In this document: positions 48,507 to 58,659 of the stretch, piece by piece | Layout of the letters: each line of letters opens with the position of its first letter | Numbering within the stretch: the stretch's first letter is position 1 | Assembly (NCBI GenBank): GCA_963729715.1 | Contig: CAVSPA010000007.1 | Span: 441,051-505,050 of the forward strand | Direction of reading: 5' to 3' | From: an uncultured delta proteobacterium | GTDB lineage: Bacteria; Desulfobacterota; Syntrophia; Syntrophales; UBA2185 | DNA length: 64,000 bases | Translations under genes and position numbers: made by a program | Notes under the pieces: model-generated | The model's database searches: none | What the model saw: only the letters and a program-made list of their open reading frames with translations | Told to the model about the DNA's origin: nothing

Positions 48507-49667
48507 CTAATCCAATTCCGACGCCTCCCGGACGGAGAGAAATATCTTGTAAAGGACCGTGATAATCAGGAACCCCATGGCCCAGATACCAATGGCAATC
48601 GCCACTTCCGGCCCGGTGGGGATGTAGCGGGTGATGTGGCCTAAGGGCGAGGGGGTGAAGCCGGTCACCATCAGGCCGAGACCTTTTTCTATCCAGAGGG
48701 AAAGAAATACCAGGCCGCAGGCCACGGCCAGAAAGGAATCCTTCTTCCGTGTCCGGGGATTGATCAGCAGCACAAGGGCTGCCGCGGCTGAGATGACCGC
48801 AACAGTCATCGCGTGTGCAATGGTGTTATAGCCCTCCAATCCCACGAAGAGAAAATGGTAATGCCCCATGTCGTCCGGAATCTGACTGTAGAAAACAGTC
48901 CAAAGCTCCACCAGCACGAAGAATATGGTCGCAATGAAGGCGTAGGTCACGATTGTCGCTAACGTGTCTATCGCCTTTTTCCCGGCGTCAAATCCGCCGA
49001 AGCGCCGGAGCACGAAGCACAACAGGATCAGCAGCGCCGGCCCGGAAGCGAAGGCTGCGGCCAGGAACCGGGGTGCCATGATCGCCGTGAGCCAGAAGCT
49101 CCTGCCGGGCATGCCTGCATAGATGAAGGCCGTCACCGTATGGATGCTGATGGCCCAGGGGATGGAGAGATAGATAAAGGGCTTAACCCAGGCCGGCGGT
49201 GGGACGCCTTCTTTTACACTGGAGAGAACCGTCCAGCCGGTGATCACGTTGAGCACAAGATAAACGCTGACCACCACCATGTCCCAGAAGAGCACCGACG
49301 TGAGGGATGGATAGAACATGACATACAGTACCCGCGAGGGCTGGCCGAGGTTGACGAAGATAAACGTGACGCACATGATGACGGCCGCTATGGCGAGAAA
49401 TTCCCCGAGGACGGTGATCCTTCCGAATGCCTTGTAGTTATGCAAATAGTACGGCAGGACGACCATCACAGCCGAGGCGGCGATCCCGACCAGGAAGGTG
49501 AACTGGGAGATGTACAACCCCCATGAGACATCGCGGCTCATGCCGGTGAGAGCTAGGCCGTACTCAAGCTGGCGGAGGTAGAAATATACGCCTGTCCCGA
49601 AGAGGGCAAGGAGGATTCCCACCAAGATTCCGTATCGGCGGCTTCCTGTCAGCGCTTTTTCCAGCAT
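48507..49667 (-). CDS. dsrP: DsrP (NrfD/PsrC family)
   Basis: TGMSRDVSWGLYI, WAISIHTVTAF and APRFLA; operon position. Confidence 0.93.
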   Translation of the reverse strand: MLEKALTGSRRYGILVGILLALFGTGVYFYLRQLEYGLALTGMSRDVSWGLYISQFTFLVGIAASAVMVVLPYYLHNYKAFGRITVLGEFLAIAAVIMCVTFIFVNLGQPSRVLYVMFYPSLTSVLFWDMVVVSVYLVLNVITGWTVLSSVKEGVPPPAWVKPFIYLSIPWAISIHTVTAFIYAGMPGRSFWLTAIMAPRFLAAAFASGPALLILLCFVLRRFGGFDAGKKAIDTLATIVTYAFIATIFFVLVELWTVFYSQIPDDMGHYHFLFVGLEGYNTIAHAMTVAVISAAAALVLLINPRTRKKDSFLAVACGLVFLSLWIEKGLGLMVTGFTPSPLGHITRYIPTGPEVAIAIGIWAMGFLIITVLYKIFLSVREASELD

Positions 49668-49674
49668 GGCATCC

Positions 49675-50460
49675 TCATAGAATATAATAGACCTGCGGTT
49701 TCGTTCCCAGCTCCGCCCTCCGGCGGATCGAGAATTTCTTGTCGAGAATCTGACGGACTTTCGAGTTGGGATCTTCCGCGTCCCCGAAGACCAGTGCCTT
49801 TTCCTGGCAGGCCAGGACGCAGGCCGGGAGAATGCCCCGCGCTAAGCGTTCCTCGCAGAAATTGCATTTTTCGATCACTCCCTTCATGCGCGTCGGGAAA
49901 TCGAGGTTGAGCTTGCGGATGAAAGGCCGGGGATTTACGAAGTTGATGCTTCTCGCCCCGAAAGGACAGGCGGCAAGACATATCTTGCATCCGATGCAGC
50001 GATGCGAATCCATCATCACGATACCGTCCGCCCTTCTGAACGTGGCGCCCGTGGGGCAGACCCGCACACACGGCGGGTTGTCGCAGTGGTTGCAGAGAAC
50101 CGGTATAATCTTTTTTCGGACGTTCTCCTGAATGTGCGCATGACTCTCCGCAGGAAAGACGTTCTCAAACCGCTCCGGCCAGATCCACTTTATCTCGTGC
50201 TTGGGATTCGCTATGACCGGGACATTGTGCGCTTCGTTACAGGCGGTCATACAGTCCGCACAGTCGTCGCAGCACTTATTCGCGTCCACCACCATGGCCC
50301 AACGCTTCGCCTTCAGTGCCGGGGTGATACCCGGGGCGCCGGGGAGATGCGTTACCCGTGACGGTGTCTCTTTCGCAACGATCCTGCCGAGCGGTGGGCA
50401 GGCAGCGCCCATGGCTGAGAGACCCGCGATAATCAAAAATTCCCTCCGGGTAGGCGCCAT
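49675..50460 (-). CDS. dsrO: DsrO Tat-exported Fe-S protein
   Basis: TRREFL; CNHCDNPPCVRVCP, CIGCKICLAACP and KCNFC. Confidence 0.93.
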   Translation of the reverse strand: MAPTRREFLIIAGLSAMGAACPPLGRIVAKETPSRVTHLPGAPGITPALKAKRWAMVVDANKCCDDCADCMTACNEAHNVPVIANPKHEIKWIWPERFENVFPAESHAHIQENVRKKIIPVLCNHCDNPPCVRVCPTGATFRRADGIVMMDSHRCIGCKICLAACPFGARSINFVNPRPFIRKLNLDFPTRMKGVIEKCNFCEERLARGILPACVLACQEKALVFGDAEDPNSKVRQILDKKFSIRRRAELGTKPQVYYIL

Positions 50461-50861
50461 CACAGAACCTCCTCGGGGTTATTGTGGCAGTTCCAGCAGG
50501 TCGGCTTGACCCCGGCATAATCGTGGCACCGATCGCAGAAGCGGGACTTGTTCTCATGACACTTAAGGCAGTTGCCTGTGAGACCCATTTCAAATATCCT
50601 TCCGTCTTTTGATGTGTACACGCGGATATTTTTCCGTACCACGCTCTCCCGCCACGATGCCAGAAGCTTCATATGATTGTCGCGCATGAAGGCGGTGTCC
50701 TCCACGCAGCGCTTATCCGCAAGCTTCTGGATTGCAGGCGTGTCGAGCTCGATGGCAGGCGGGGCAATGGTTTTCCCCCGGTCATACCAGAACGGGAAAG
50801 TGACCGCGGCCAGAAAGACCACGATCCCTGCGATAATTATCCCCCGGTTATAGAGCTTCAT
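50460..50861 (-). CDS. dsrJ: DsrJ triheme cytochrome c
   Basis: CLKCH, CDRCH and CWNCH; CVE..MR..HM. Confidence 0.93.
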   Translation of the reverse strand: MKLYNRGIIIAGIVVFLAAVTFPFWYDRGKTIAPPAIELDTPAIQKLADKRCVEDTAFMRDNHMKLLASWRESVVRKNIRVYTSKDGRIFEMGLTGNCLKCHENKSRFCDRCHDYAGVKPTCWNCHNNPEEVL

Positions 50862-50874
50862 CGTCTGTCTTTCC

Positions 50875-52467
50875 CTAAAAAGTTTCGCCGCGCAGATCCG
50901 TTATCCTCTCTTTTTCACCCTTCATGACAAGGGCATTGGCCAGCAGTTCGTGGACGCCCGTCACCGTCACGCCGGGCACCCAGTACTCCATCAGCGAGGT
51001 CAGCGTCGAGCGGTCGATGGCGCACATGCAGGCGATCCGGTTCACGCCGTGCTTTTCCTTTACATGCTTTACGGCCATCGCACGGGGCATGCCTCCCCGC
51101 ATCCGCATCTCGATGTTCTCGTCATTGCCGAGACCGGCGCCGCCGCCGCAGCACAGTGTCTTTTCCCGGATGGTGTCTTCGGGCATCTCGTAGAAGTGCC
51201 GCACGGAATTCTTGATAACATACCTCGGCTCTTCGAAAAGTCCCATGCCGCGGGCGGGATTGCAGGAATCATGGAAAGTGATGCGCAGATGGTCGTTCCG
51301 CGCGGGATCCAGTTTCAGTTTTCCATGTTTTATCAGGTCGGCCGTGAATTCCGCGATGTGCACCATCTTCGTGGACCGTGCGTTTTCAAAGAGCGTCCCC
51401 GTTAGGGGAGACACCGGCTCTTCCAAAAAATCGGCGGGGCCGTTCATCGTATCCATGTATTCATGGATGACGCGCCACATGTGGCCGCATTCACCGCCGA
51501 GAATCCATTTGACCCCCAGCCGCTTCGCTTCCGCATAGATCTTGTTGTTGAGGCGCTTCACCATCTCATGTGATGTGAAGAGGCCGAAGTTTCCGCCTTC
51601 GGAGGCGTAGGTGCTGAAGGTATAGTTTAGGCCGATCTCATGGAAGAGCATCATGTAACCCATGCACGTGTACGTACCCGGGTCGGCAAAGTAGTCGCCG
51701 GAAGGCGTGATGAAAAGAATGTCCGCTCCCTTCTTGTTGATGGGAACCTCCAGCCTGACGCCGGTGCGTTCCTCTATATCGTCGGCTAAGAATTCAAGCA
51801 TGTCCTTTACGCCGCCGGGCTGGATGCCGAGGTGATTTCCCGTCCGGAAGGAGTTCGCCACCGGCTCGATGACCCAGTTGATGTTGCACCCGACGAGATT
51901 GAGGAGTTCCCTGCCCATTATGGTGATCTCCGCCTGGTCGATGCCGTAAGGACAATACACGGAACATCTGCGGCACTCCGTGCACTGGTAGAAATAGTAG
52001 AACCACTCCTTGAGGACAGGGAGGGTGAGGTCGCGCGCGCCGGCGAGCCTGCCGAAGCGCTTTCCCGATTCCGTGAAGTAGCGGCGATAGACGGAACGCA
52101 GGAGCTCCGCCCGCATGACGGGCATATTCTTCGGATCGCCGCCGCCGATGTAGAAGTGACACTTGTCGGCGCAGGCGCCGCACCGCACGCACAGGTCCAG
52201 GAAGAGCCTGAAGGAACGGTACTTGTCCAGGCGCTCACGCATGCCCTCAATAATGATCTCCTTCCAGTTCTCCGGAAGTTTCCAATCTTCTTCATATGGC
52301 TGCCAAGCCCTGGGGTTCGGCAAATCCAGGTAGATGAGATTCTTCGCGGCGCCGCTGTAGCTCCATGTCCCCGGCCGGAAATCGACGGGGGTGTCCATCC
52401 ACGACGTCCGCGGCGGCTTGTAGTTGACCCTGATCATCTCCTCGGGTTTGGGTATCTTGATGGGCAT
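50875..52467 (-). CDS. dsrK: DsrK
   Basis: CVRCGACADKC, CTECRRCSVYCP, SEGGNFG, GECGHMWR, HDSCN and CCGGG. Confidence 0.95.
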   Translation of the reverse strand: MPIKIPKPEEMIRVNYKPPRTSWMDTPVDFRPGTWSYSGAAKNLIYLDLPNPRAWQPYEEDWKLPENWKEIIIEGMRERLDKYRSFRLFLDLCVRCGACADKCHFYIGGGDPKNMPVMRAELLRSVYRRYFTESGKRFGRLAGARDLTLPVLKEWFYYFYQCTECRRCSVYCPYGIDQAEITIMGRELLNLVGCNINWVIEPVANSFRTGNHLGIQPGGVKDMLEFLADDIEERTGVRLEVPINKKGADILFITPSGDYFADPGTYTCMGYMMLFHEIGLNYTFSTYASEGGNFGLFTSHEMVKRLNNKIYAEAKRLGVKWILGGECGHMWRVIHEYMDTMNGPADFLEEPVSPLTGTLFENARSTKMVHIAEFTADLIKHGKLKLDPARNDHLRITFHDSCNPARGMGLFEEPRYVIKNSVRHFYEMPEDTIREKTLCCGGGAGLGNDENIEMRMRGGMPRAMAVKHVKEKHGVNRIACMCAIDRSTLTSLMEYWVPGVTVTGVHELLANALVMKGEKERITDLRGETF

Positions 52468-52469
52468 AT

Positions 52470-53462
52470 CTACTCCTTGTCCAACGGCAGTCCTGCCGCC
52501 TTCATCTTATCACGGTATTCGTTTTCGTATTCTTCATAGGTATGAACCTTGACGGGCGCATTCCAGGGATTGATGTGCCTCTTCATTCTGCTGTCGTTTG
52601 CCATGTTCCGCGTCGGGCTGAGAAATACTCCCCCCATGTGCATGAGCTTGCTGAAGGTAAACCACGCGAGGAGAACCGAGGCGAAAAGGAGGTGAATATA
52701 AAATAGAGCGCTCATTCCTTTAGGGACATAAGGCGCAAAGGTCACCCAGCCCAAGGCCATGGTCTTCACCTCTTCGATATCGCCGGGGAAGAAATGCCGC
52801 ATGAGGATGCCCGTAATCGCGATAGACAGGATTAGGGCAACGGCGAAATAATCGGTGAAGAGTGAGATGTAGCGGAGTTGTGGGACGACGGCCCTCCGCA
52901 GGAAGAGGAATGTCAACGCCAGGACTATCGCTGCATCGCTCAAGAATAACGTCGGTATAGCGATGTCAAAAAAACCGTCTATTGCCGCAAGGCCATTGAT
53001 GATGGGAGTAACGGGCTCGATGAAGAAACGCATGTGCCGCAAAATAATTACGAGCATCGACCAGTGAAAGAGAAGTGCAAAGAACCAGAGCCACTTGGCG
53101 CTCGAATAAACGGGCCGGTCATCGTAGAGATACAGCCGGGTGTTTCTGAAGAGTGAACGGAAGAGGAGAACCTCGAGGGCCATCCTGCCGATGACAGTGG
53201 CAGTGCACGGAGGGCTTTCCAGATAATCGCACTTGATCCAGGGCAATGATTTCTCCTGACCGCAGGTGGTGGGTATGGAAAAGGGGACAGGCAATCTTCC
53301 CCAGGATATGATTCGGTAGACAAAGCCTGCCACAAAAATGGCAAAGGCGCTGCAGGGAATGACAATGAAGAAGACAGGCCTCAGTCCTGCAATCGCGGCC
53401 CCGCCCATGGCGATAAAGATCAGGGTCACGATAGCAAGAAGAGAAAAGACCATGTTCATCAT
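52470..53462 (-). CDS. dsrM: DsrM cytochrome b
   Basis: PTTCGQ, FRSLFRN, FHW..RH and FSKLMHMGGVFLSPTRN. Confidence 0.95.
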   Translation of the reverse strand: MMNMVFSLLAIVTLIFIAMGGAAIAGLRPVFFIVIPCSAFAIFVAGFVYRIISWGRLPVPFSIPTTCGQEKSLPWIKCDYLESPPCTATVIGRMALEVLLFRSLFRNTRLYLYDDRPVYSSAKWLWFFALLFHWSMLVIILRHMRFFIEPVTPIINGLAAIDGFFDIAIPTLFLSDAAIVLALTFLFLRRAVVPQLRYISLFTDYFAVALILSIAITGILMRHFFPGDIEEVKTMALGWVTFAPYVPKGMSALFYIHLLFASVLLAWFTFSKLMHMGGVFLSPTRNMANDSRMKRHINPWNAPVKVHTYEEYENEYRDKMKAAGLPLDKE

Positions 53463-53490
53463 CCGTTACCTTTTCAAGGCCGTTAGTATT

Positions 53491-54870
53491 TTATGCCTTC
53501 CCCAAAAAGACTATGGCCTTCCCGAGGAGATCGTGGAGCCCCACAAGCTCCATATCCAGTTTATGCGCCTGGATAAGTTCCCGGAGCTGTTTTTTGCAGT
53601 TGGCGCAGGGGGCGCAGACGAGCTTAGCGCCTGTCGCCCGGAGTTGTTCCACTTTCTTGATCCCCGCGGTGGACATCCGCCAGTCGTGCAGATCCTCGAC
53701 GACCACGAGCCCGCCGCCGCCGCCGCAGCAGTAGTTCATCTTCCTGTTCGGCGTCATTTCGACGAAATGCATCACTGCCGCCTTCAACAGTTCCCGTGGC
53801 TGTTCATAGAGACCCGACCCTCGCCCCAGATTGCATGGGTCATGGTAGGTGACCGTCTCCGGGTTCTTCGTCGGATCGAACGTCAATTTTCCTTCTGCGA
53901 AAAAGCGGTGGCTGACCTCTATGATGCTCTTGATTTCTATGCCCCGGTATTCCGACAGCCCAAAGACCTTTTGGAAAAGGAGAGCTGTCTTCGTGGCGTG
54001 GCCGCATTCGCCGATGACGATGGTCTTGCATTTCAGCCTGTGCGCAGCTTCTAGGAGACGGTTGAGGATCTTTTCTAGATCCGCGTCGCTGTAGAAGAGC
54101 CCGTAATTGATGGCGTCGAAATTCTCCGTGCTGACGGTCCAGTTTGCCCCGGCGGCATGAAACGTCTTTGCGATGCCCAGAAGGGTGTCGGCCTCCATGA
54201 TGTAGTCGCTTACCGGAGCGGCAAAGAAAACCTCAGCGCCTTCTACGTCGCGGGGGATGGGGATGGCGATGCCCGTCTCGTCCCGCAATTCCTCTTCAAG
54301 AAAATCGAGGGTATCTATGAAGGCCGCCTTGGGAATGGCGGATGTGTTTCCTATCTCGCCGAGCTGCGCCCTGGTGCTCACGGTCATATTCGAGGGGACG
54401 AAACCGAGCCTTTCCAGGATAACGCGGCCGATCCGCGTGATCAGGGCATTATCGACAGCCAACGGGCAGTTAACGCCGCAACGCCGGCACATGGTACACC
54501 GGTAGAAGGCATCGACCATATTATCGATGTCTTCCTCTGTCAGCGCCTTGGCTCCCACGAGCCCGCCTAAGAGCTTTCCCGAAGTGGTAAAGTACTTCTT
54601 GTATACCTTCCGGAGGAGGTCGGACCGCCATGCGGGCAGATCACGCGGATCGCGTGAGGCCTGATAGACCTGGCACTGCTCCGCGCAGTTGTTGCACTTG
54701 GCACAGGTGCCGAGGTACGTCTCCAAAGGCAGGTTGTAGATCTTCGCTCCCAGGACCTCCTGAAGGGTCTCGAGGAAACGCATGACCCGTTCTTCGCGCG
54801 GCAGGGGCTTCTCGCTGCGGAAGGGATATTGGGGGTCTGTATCTTTGCTCTGTCCGTTCTCTTTAGTCAT
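53491..54870 (-). CDS. DsrK/HdrD-like Fe-S protein (second copy)
   Basis: CAKCNNCAEQC, CTMCRRCGVNC, GECGH, HDPC, CCGGGG and CANC. Confidence 0.88.
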   Translation of the reverse strand: MTKENGQSKDTDPQYPFRSEKPLPREERVMRFLETLQEVLGAKIYNLPLETYLGTCAKCNNCAEQCQVYQASRDPRDLPAWRSDLLRKVYKKYFTTSGKLLGGLVGAKALTEEDIDNMVDAFYRCTMCRRCGVNCPLAVDNALITRIGRVILERLGFVPSNMTVSTRAQLGEIGNTSAIPKAAFIDTLDFLEEELRDETGIAIPIPRDVEGAEVFFAAPVSDYIMEADTLLGIAKTFHAAGANWTVSTENFDAINYGLFYSDADLEKILNRLLEAAHRLKCKTIVIGECGHATKTALLFQKVFGLSEYRGIEIKSIIEVSHRFFAEGKLTFDPTKNPETVTYHDPCNLGRGSGLYEQPRELLKAAVMHFVEMTPNRKMNYCCGGGGGLVVVEDLHDWRMSTAGIKKVEQLRATGAKLVCAPCANCKKQLRELIQAHKLDMELVGLHDLLGKAIVFLGKA

Positions 54871-54883
54871 ATGTGCTCTGCTG

Positions 54884-55543
54884 TCATTTTTTTTGCCAGT
54901 TGATATGGTGATAGGTGAAGTACTTGGAGACGTAATGGATCATTTTACTCAACGGCAGATAGATCAAGAAAAGTCCTCCGAGAAACACGGCCAGAATATG
55001 GACTGTGGAGAGGACTGACGTGTTGGGGTGGAATTTGATCAAACCCAGGAAGTACAAGCGTAAAGAAACGGGGACATGTGGCACAGAGGCCGCGAATCCT
55101 AAAGCAGCCACACCTCCCAGAAATGCAAGATTGAAGAATTCCTCGAAGTTTGAAAGCAGCCTGAGGTTCTTATCGTAGATGCGCAATCCGATGATATAGA
55201 TTGCGGCAATCACGATGGCCAAGAGACACAACTGTACGACAAACATTGTTGACCATCCCGCAAGGTACAGGATGAAAAAAAGGACAGCCCCTACCATCGT
55301 CATGTGCATAGAGAACGACCCGAACCAGAGGCGGCGGTTGAATTTGTAGAGGGTCTCGAAGGTGAACATTTCCTTCGCCATGTATCTCAACTGGCCAGCA
55401 ATTCCCTCCGGCGCCGGATATAACGTCCATTTGACGTGGGGCGGCAGTGACAGCCAGTGCACGAACCGCCATGCCGTAGAGAGCAGGCAAAGCGCGACGG
55501 CTATATACGGAAAGATATCGGCAATAAATTCTGAACCTGTCAT
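54884..55543 (-). CDS. Short DsrM/NarI-like cytochrome b (second copy), 219 aa
   Basis: Start overlaps the dsrC stop; FSMH, VHIL and PLSKMIH. Confidence 0.8.
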   Translation of the reverse strand: MTGSEFIADIFPYIAVALCLLSTAWRFVHWLSLPPHVKWTLYPAPEGIAGQLRYMAKEMFTFETLYKFNRRLWFGSFSMHMTMVGAVLFFILYLAGWSTMFVVQLCLLAIVIAAIYIIGLRIYDKNLRLLSNFEEFFNLAFLGGVAALGFAASVPHVPVSLRLYFLGLIKFHPNTSVLSTVHILAVFLGGLFLIYLPLSKMIHYVSKYFTYHHINWQKK

Positions 55544-55863
55544 CAGACGCACCCGGTCGGTTTCGAAAGTCCGGCGAGCTTGCAGGCCCCTTTGGCAGGC
55601 CCTGTCGGAAAGAGCTCGTAGAGCCTCTTCATATCGATGCCGTTGTCCTTGCACAGCTTGCGGATCATCGGCGCGATACCGAACTTCTGGAAATAATCCC
55701 TGAGATAGTTGATGATCTTCCAGTGTTCTTCCGTCAATTCCCCCTCAATAGCTTCCTCTTTCGCATAGGCCTGGGCGAACTCTTTATTCCACTTGTCCAG
55801 TTCCTGAAGGAACCCATCTTCATCGATTTCATACTTCTTTCCTGCCAGTTCTATCTCGGGCAT
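55543..55863 (-). CDS. dsrC: DsrC
   Basis: DEDGFL, LTEEHW, LFPTGP and C-terminal C-X10-CV. Confidence 0.97.
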   Translation of the reverse strand: MPEIELAGKKYEIDEDGFLQELDKWNKEFAQAYAKEEAIEGELTEEHWKIINYLRDYFQKFGIAPMIRKLCKDNGIDMKRLYELFPTGPAKGACKLAGLSKPTGCV

Positions 55864-55934
55864 GCTCGAAACCTCCTATCGTGCAATAATATATATTTGA
55901 ATACTTTCTTATTGATGCCTGGCCTGCCGCGGGC

Positions 55935-57344
55935 TTAGCTGAGCGCGCTGTCTTTCCTGTCTGCTCGAAACCTTCTTGCCCTGCCGACGATGCCTTCCGC
56001 CCATTCCCGAGTTCCCAGGGCGTGTACGTGGGTGAAAGTTGCCAGCACGTTTTTCCGGCAGAGCCCGTCTCTCGTGCCGTCCATGCCGATTCCCCGCTTG
56101 ACCAGGAAAGCCAGATGTCCTTCATCCTCTTTCCGGGAGAGAATCCGGGAGTAATGAAACTCGTGGCCCATAATCTCAGTCCCGACAGGATAAAAGGGGT
56201 TTTCCTCTTCCACCTGGAGAACCGTGTATCCATGCCCCTGCGGGCGCTTTTCCATCCCGACCGAGATGGGCAGAAAGCCGACCATGGAATAATGCTTATC
56301 GCCGACGGTCAGCGATTCCCCGAGGAACATGAGGCCGCCACACTCTGCATATATCGGCAGTCCCTGTTCCGCCGCGTCCCGCAGGGAGCGGCGAAACGAT
56401 TTATTCCCGGCAAGAAGCCCGGCCTGCGTCTCCGGGAAACCGCCCCCTATATACAGGGCATCCAGGGAAGGCAGCTCATCATCGCTGATGGCGCTCACTT
56501 GTATGACCCTCGCGCCCGCTCTCGCGAGCGCCTCGATGTTTTCCGGGTAATAGAACTGAAAGGCCCTGTCTCTGATTACGCCGATGGTAACCGGGTCTGT
56601 CGGCTCTGCTGCCGGGAGGACATCGGGAAACAAAAGGTCTTCCCACGGCGGAGCGCTTTCGGCGATCTTTATCAGACCTTCCAAGTCCAGATAGTTTCCG
56701 GCGATGTCCGCCGCTCTGCGCAAGGCTTGAAGGACCCGGTCATGTTCCTGGGGCGGGATCAACCCGAGATGTCTTTCCGAAAAAGGGATATCCGCCATTC
56801 GCGGAACGGTGCCGAGAACGGAAATACCGCAGTGGTCTTCCACAGACCTGCGGATAACGGCCGCATGTCGGTCTCCCGCTACACGGTTCAGGATCAAGCC
56901 CCGGATATCCACCTCCGGATCGAAGTGCTGGCACCCGAGAACCATAGCCGCCGCGGTCCGTGTCACTTTGTCGCAGTCGATCACGAGGATCACGGGCGCC
57001 TTGATAAGTTTGGCGAGCTCGGCCGTGCTGTGCTCTCCTCCCGCATTCGCCCCGTCGTAAAGCCCCCGGTTCCCTTCGATCAGTGAAATAGCATTCGAAG
57101 GGGCATGACACGAAAAGGAGCGGGCGACCTGTATCCGTCCCATCAAGAACGTGTCGAGGTTGTAGCAAGGATTCGCAGCGGCCATGGCAAGCCAGGCCGC
57201 ATCTATATAATCCGGCCCCTTCTTAAAAGGGATCACACTGACGCCGCGTTTGTGGAGCACCGCAGCCAACGCCGCAGAGAGCGTCGTCTTGCCGGCGCTG
57301 CCGCGTAAGGCCCCGATAACCAGCCGGGGACATGGTCGGCTCAT
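55935..57344 (-). CDS. dsrN: DsrN (siroheme amidase, CbiA family)
   Basis: GKTT, KKGPDYID, EGNRGLYDG, ERHLGL, AECGG and HEFHYS. Confidence 0.92.
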   Translation of the reverse strand: MSRPCPRLVIGALRGSAGKTTLSAALAAVLHKRGVSVIPFKKGPDYIDAAWLAMAAANPCYNLDTFLMGRIQVARSFSCHAPSNAISLIEGNRGLYDGANAGGEHSTAELAKLIKAPVILVIDCDKVTRTAAAMVLGCQHFDPEVDIRGLILNRVAGDRHAAVIRRSVEDHCGISVLGTVPRMADIPFSERHLGLIPPQEHDRVLQALRRAADIAGNYLDLEGLIKIAESAPPWEDLLFPDVLPAAEPTDPVTIGVIRDRAFQFYYPENIEALARAGARVIQVSAISDDELPSLDALYIGGGFPETQAGLLAGNKSFRRSLRDAAEQGLPIYAECGGLMFLGESLTVGDKHYSMVGFLPISVGMEKRPQGHGYTVLQVEEENPFYPVGTEIMGHEFHYSRILSRKEDEGHLAFLVKRGIGMDGTRDGLCRKNVLATFTHVHALGTREWAEGIVGRARRFRADRKDSALS

Positions 57345-57372
57345 GCTCTATCACCCACGCAAGCCACCACCG

Positions 57373-57597
57373 CTATTCCTTCGGATAACATTCCGCCAGC
57401 ACAAGATATGTCGTGCTTCCGCTTGACCAGTATTTCACGGCGTCCTCCTCGATGAGGGCCTTCACGACATCCTGGACGGCATGCCGGTCTTCATCAGGAA
57501 ACCATTTGACGACGTCACGGATGTAGAACATCTTCTTTTCACCTTTCGATCTCTGGCAGAACGCCTCAAGGACCTTTGCTTTCAGATCCTCGCTCAT
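57373..57597 (-). CDS. dsrD: DsrD
   Basis: KMFY..D and YWSSGSTTY; lies directly after dsrB. Confidence 0.88.
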   Translation of the reverse strand: MSEDLKAKVLEAFCQRSKGEKKMFYIRDVVKWFPDEDRHAVQDVVKALIEEDAVKYWSSGSTTYLVLAECYPKE

Positions 57598-57599
57598 GC

Positions 57600-58658
57600 T
57601 CACCTCCATTTAAACTGCGTCGATGATCTGAACGTTTCCGTCGCCATATCGAAATCATCGATGTGCTTGTCCGTGAAGGGAATGCCCGTCAGGTTGAAGA
57701 ACCTCTCCCAGCCGATGCGCTCGATCCACTCGCCGACTCGCTCATGCTTCCTCGCATTACTCGCGTAGACCTCGATGATGTTCTTCACAGCGGCAACGGT
57801 TTCCGGCCACAACGGCGGATTGTTCGGCAGGTAGGGAATTGCCAGTTTGGAAAACATCGGTTTGCTCCGGGCATTGGAGACCTTCCCCCCTACCCAGATG
57901 GAAATCCCGTCGTTGTCCGCATCGGCAATGGGCATGGCTGGGCATACGGTGTAGCAGTTCCCGCAGTACATGCACTTGTCGTTGTTCACGCTGACCGTCT
58001 TGGTCTTGCTATCACCGCGGATGGCCCCCGTCGGGCACGACGCCACTGTCGTCGGGATTTCACAGAGGTTCGGGATGCGGGTATTGTCCGGCTTGGGGAC
58101 CGTCCGATGGATGCCGAGGATCGCAATGTCGGAGCAGTGGACGGCGCCGCACATGTTCAGGCAGCACGCGAGCGCGATCCGCACATGGTTGGGCAGTTTC
58201 ATCGTCACGAAATATTCGTAGATCTCTTCCATCAGCGCCTTGACGGGGCCCGATGCGTCCGTTGCCGGCGTGTGGCAGTGCACCCACCCCTGTGTGTGGA
58301 CGATATTCGAAACCGCGTGCCCGATGCCGCCCACCGGGTAGTTCTTCGCTTTCAGCTCCGCAAGGAGTGGGGCTACCTTCGCCTTGTCCTCGATAAGGAA
58401 TTCGATGTTGTTGCGGCTCGTGAAACGGAGATAGCCGCTGCAGTACTTCTCGGCGATATCGCAGATTTCCCGGATGTGGTCCGTTGAAAGCAGCCGCGGC
58501 GAGCCTGCGCGCACCGTATAGAGCGCGTCTCCTGTTTCGCCGACGTGCACCATCAAACCGGGCTGGAGGATTTCGTGATACCGCCACTTCCCGTAATTGC
58601 GCTGAATCATGGGGGGGAGCATGGTCTTAAAATCTGGGGGTCCGATATCGGTTGGCAT
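57600..58658 (-). CDS. dsrB: Dissimilatory sulfite reductase beta subunit
   Basis: [31 protein letters not shown] and CMYCGNC. Confidence 0.98.
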   Translation of the reverse strand: MPTDIGPPDFKTMLPPMIQRNYGKWRYHEILQPGLMVHVGETGDALYTVRAGSPRLLSTDHIREICDIAEKYCSGYLRFTSRNNIEFLIEDKAKVAPLLAELKAKNYPVGGIGHAVSNIVHTQGWVHCHTPATDASGPVKALMEEIYEYFVTMKLPNHVRIALACCLNMCGAVHCSDIAILGIHRTVPKPDNTRIPNLCEIPTTVASCPTGAIRGDSKTKTVSVNNDKCMYCGNCYTVCPAMPIADADNDGISIWVGGKVSNARSKPMFSKLAIPYLPNNPPLWPETVAAVKNIIEVYASNARKHERVGEWIERIGWERFFNLTGIPFTDKHIDDFDMATETFRSSTQFKWR

Positions 58659-58659
58659 A

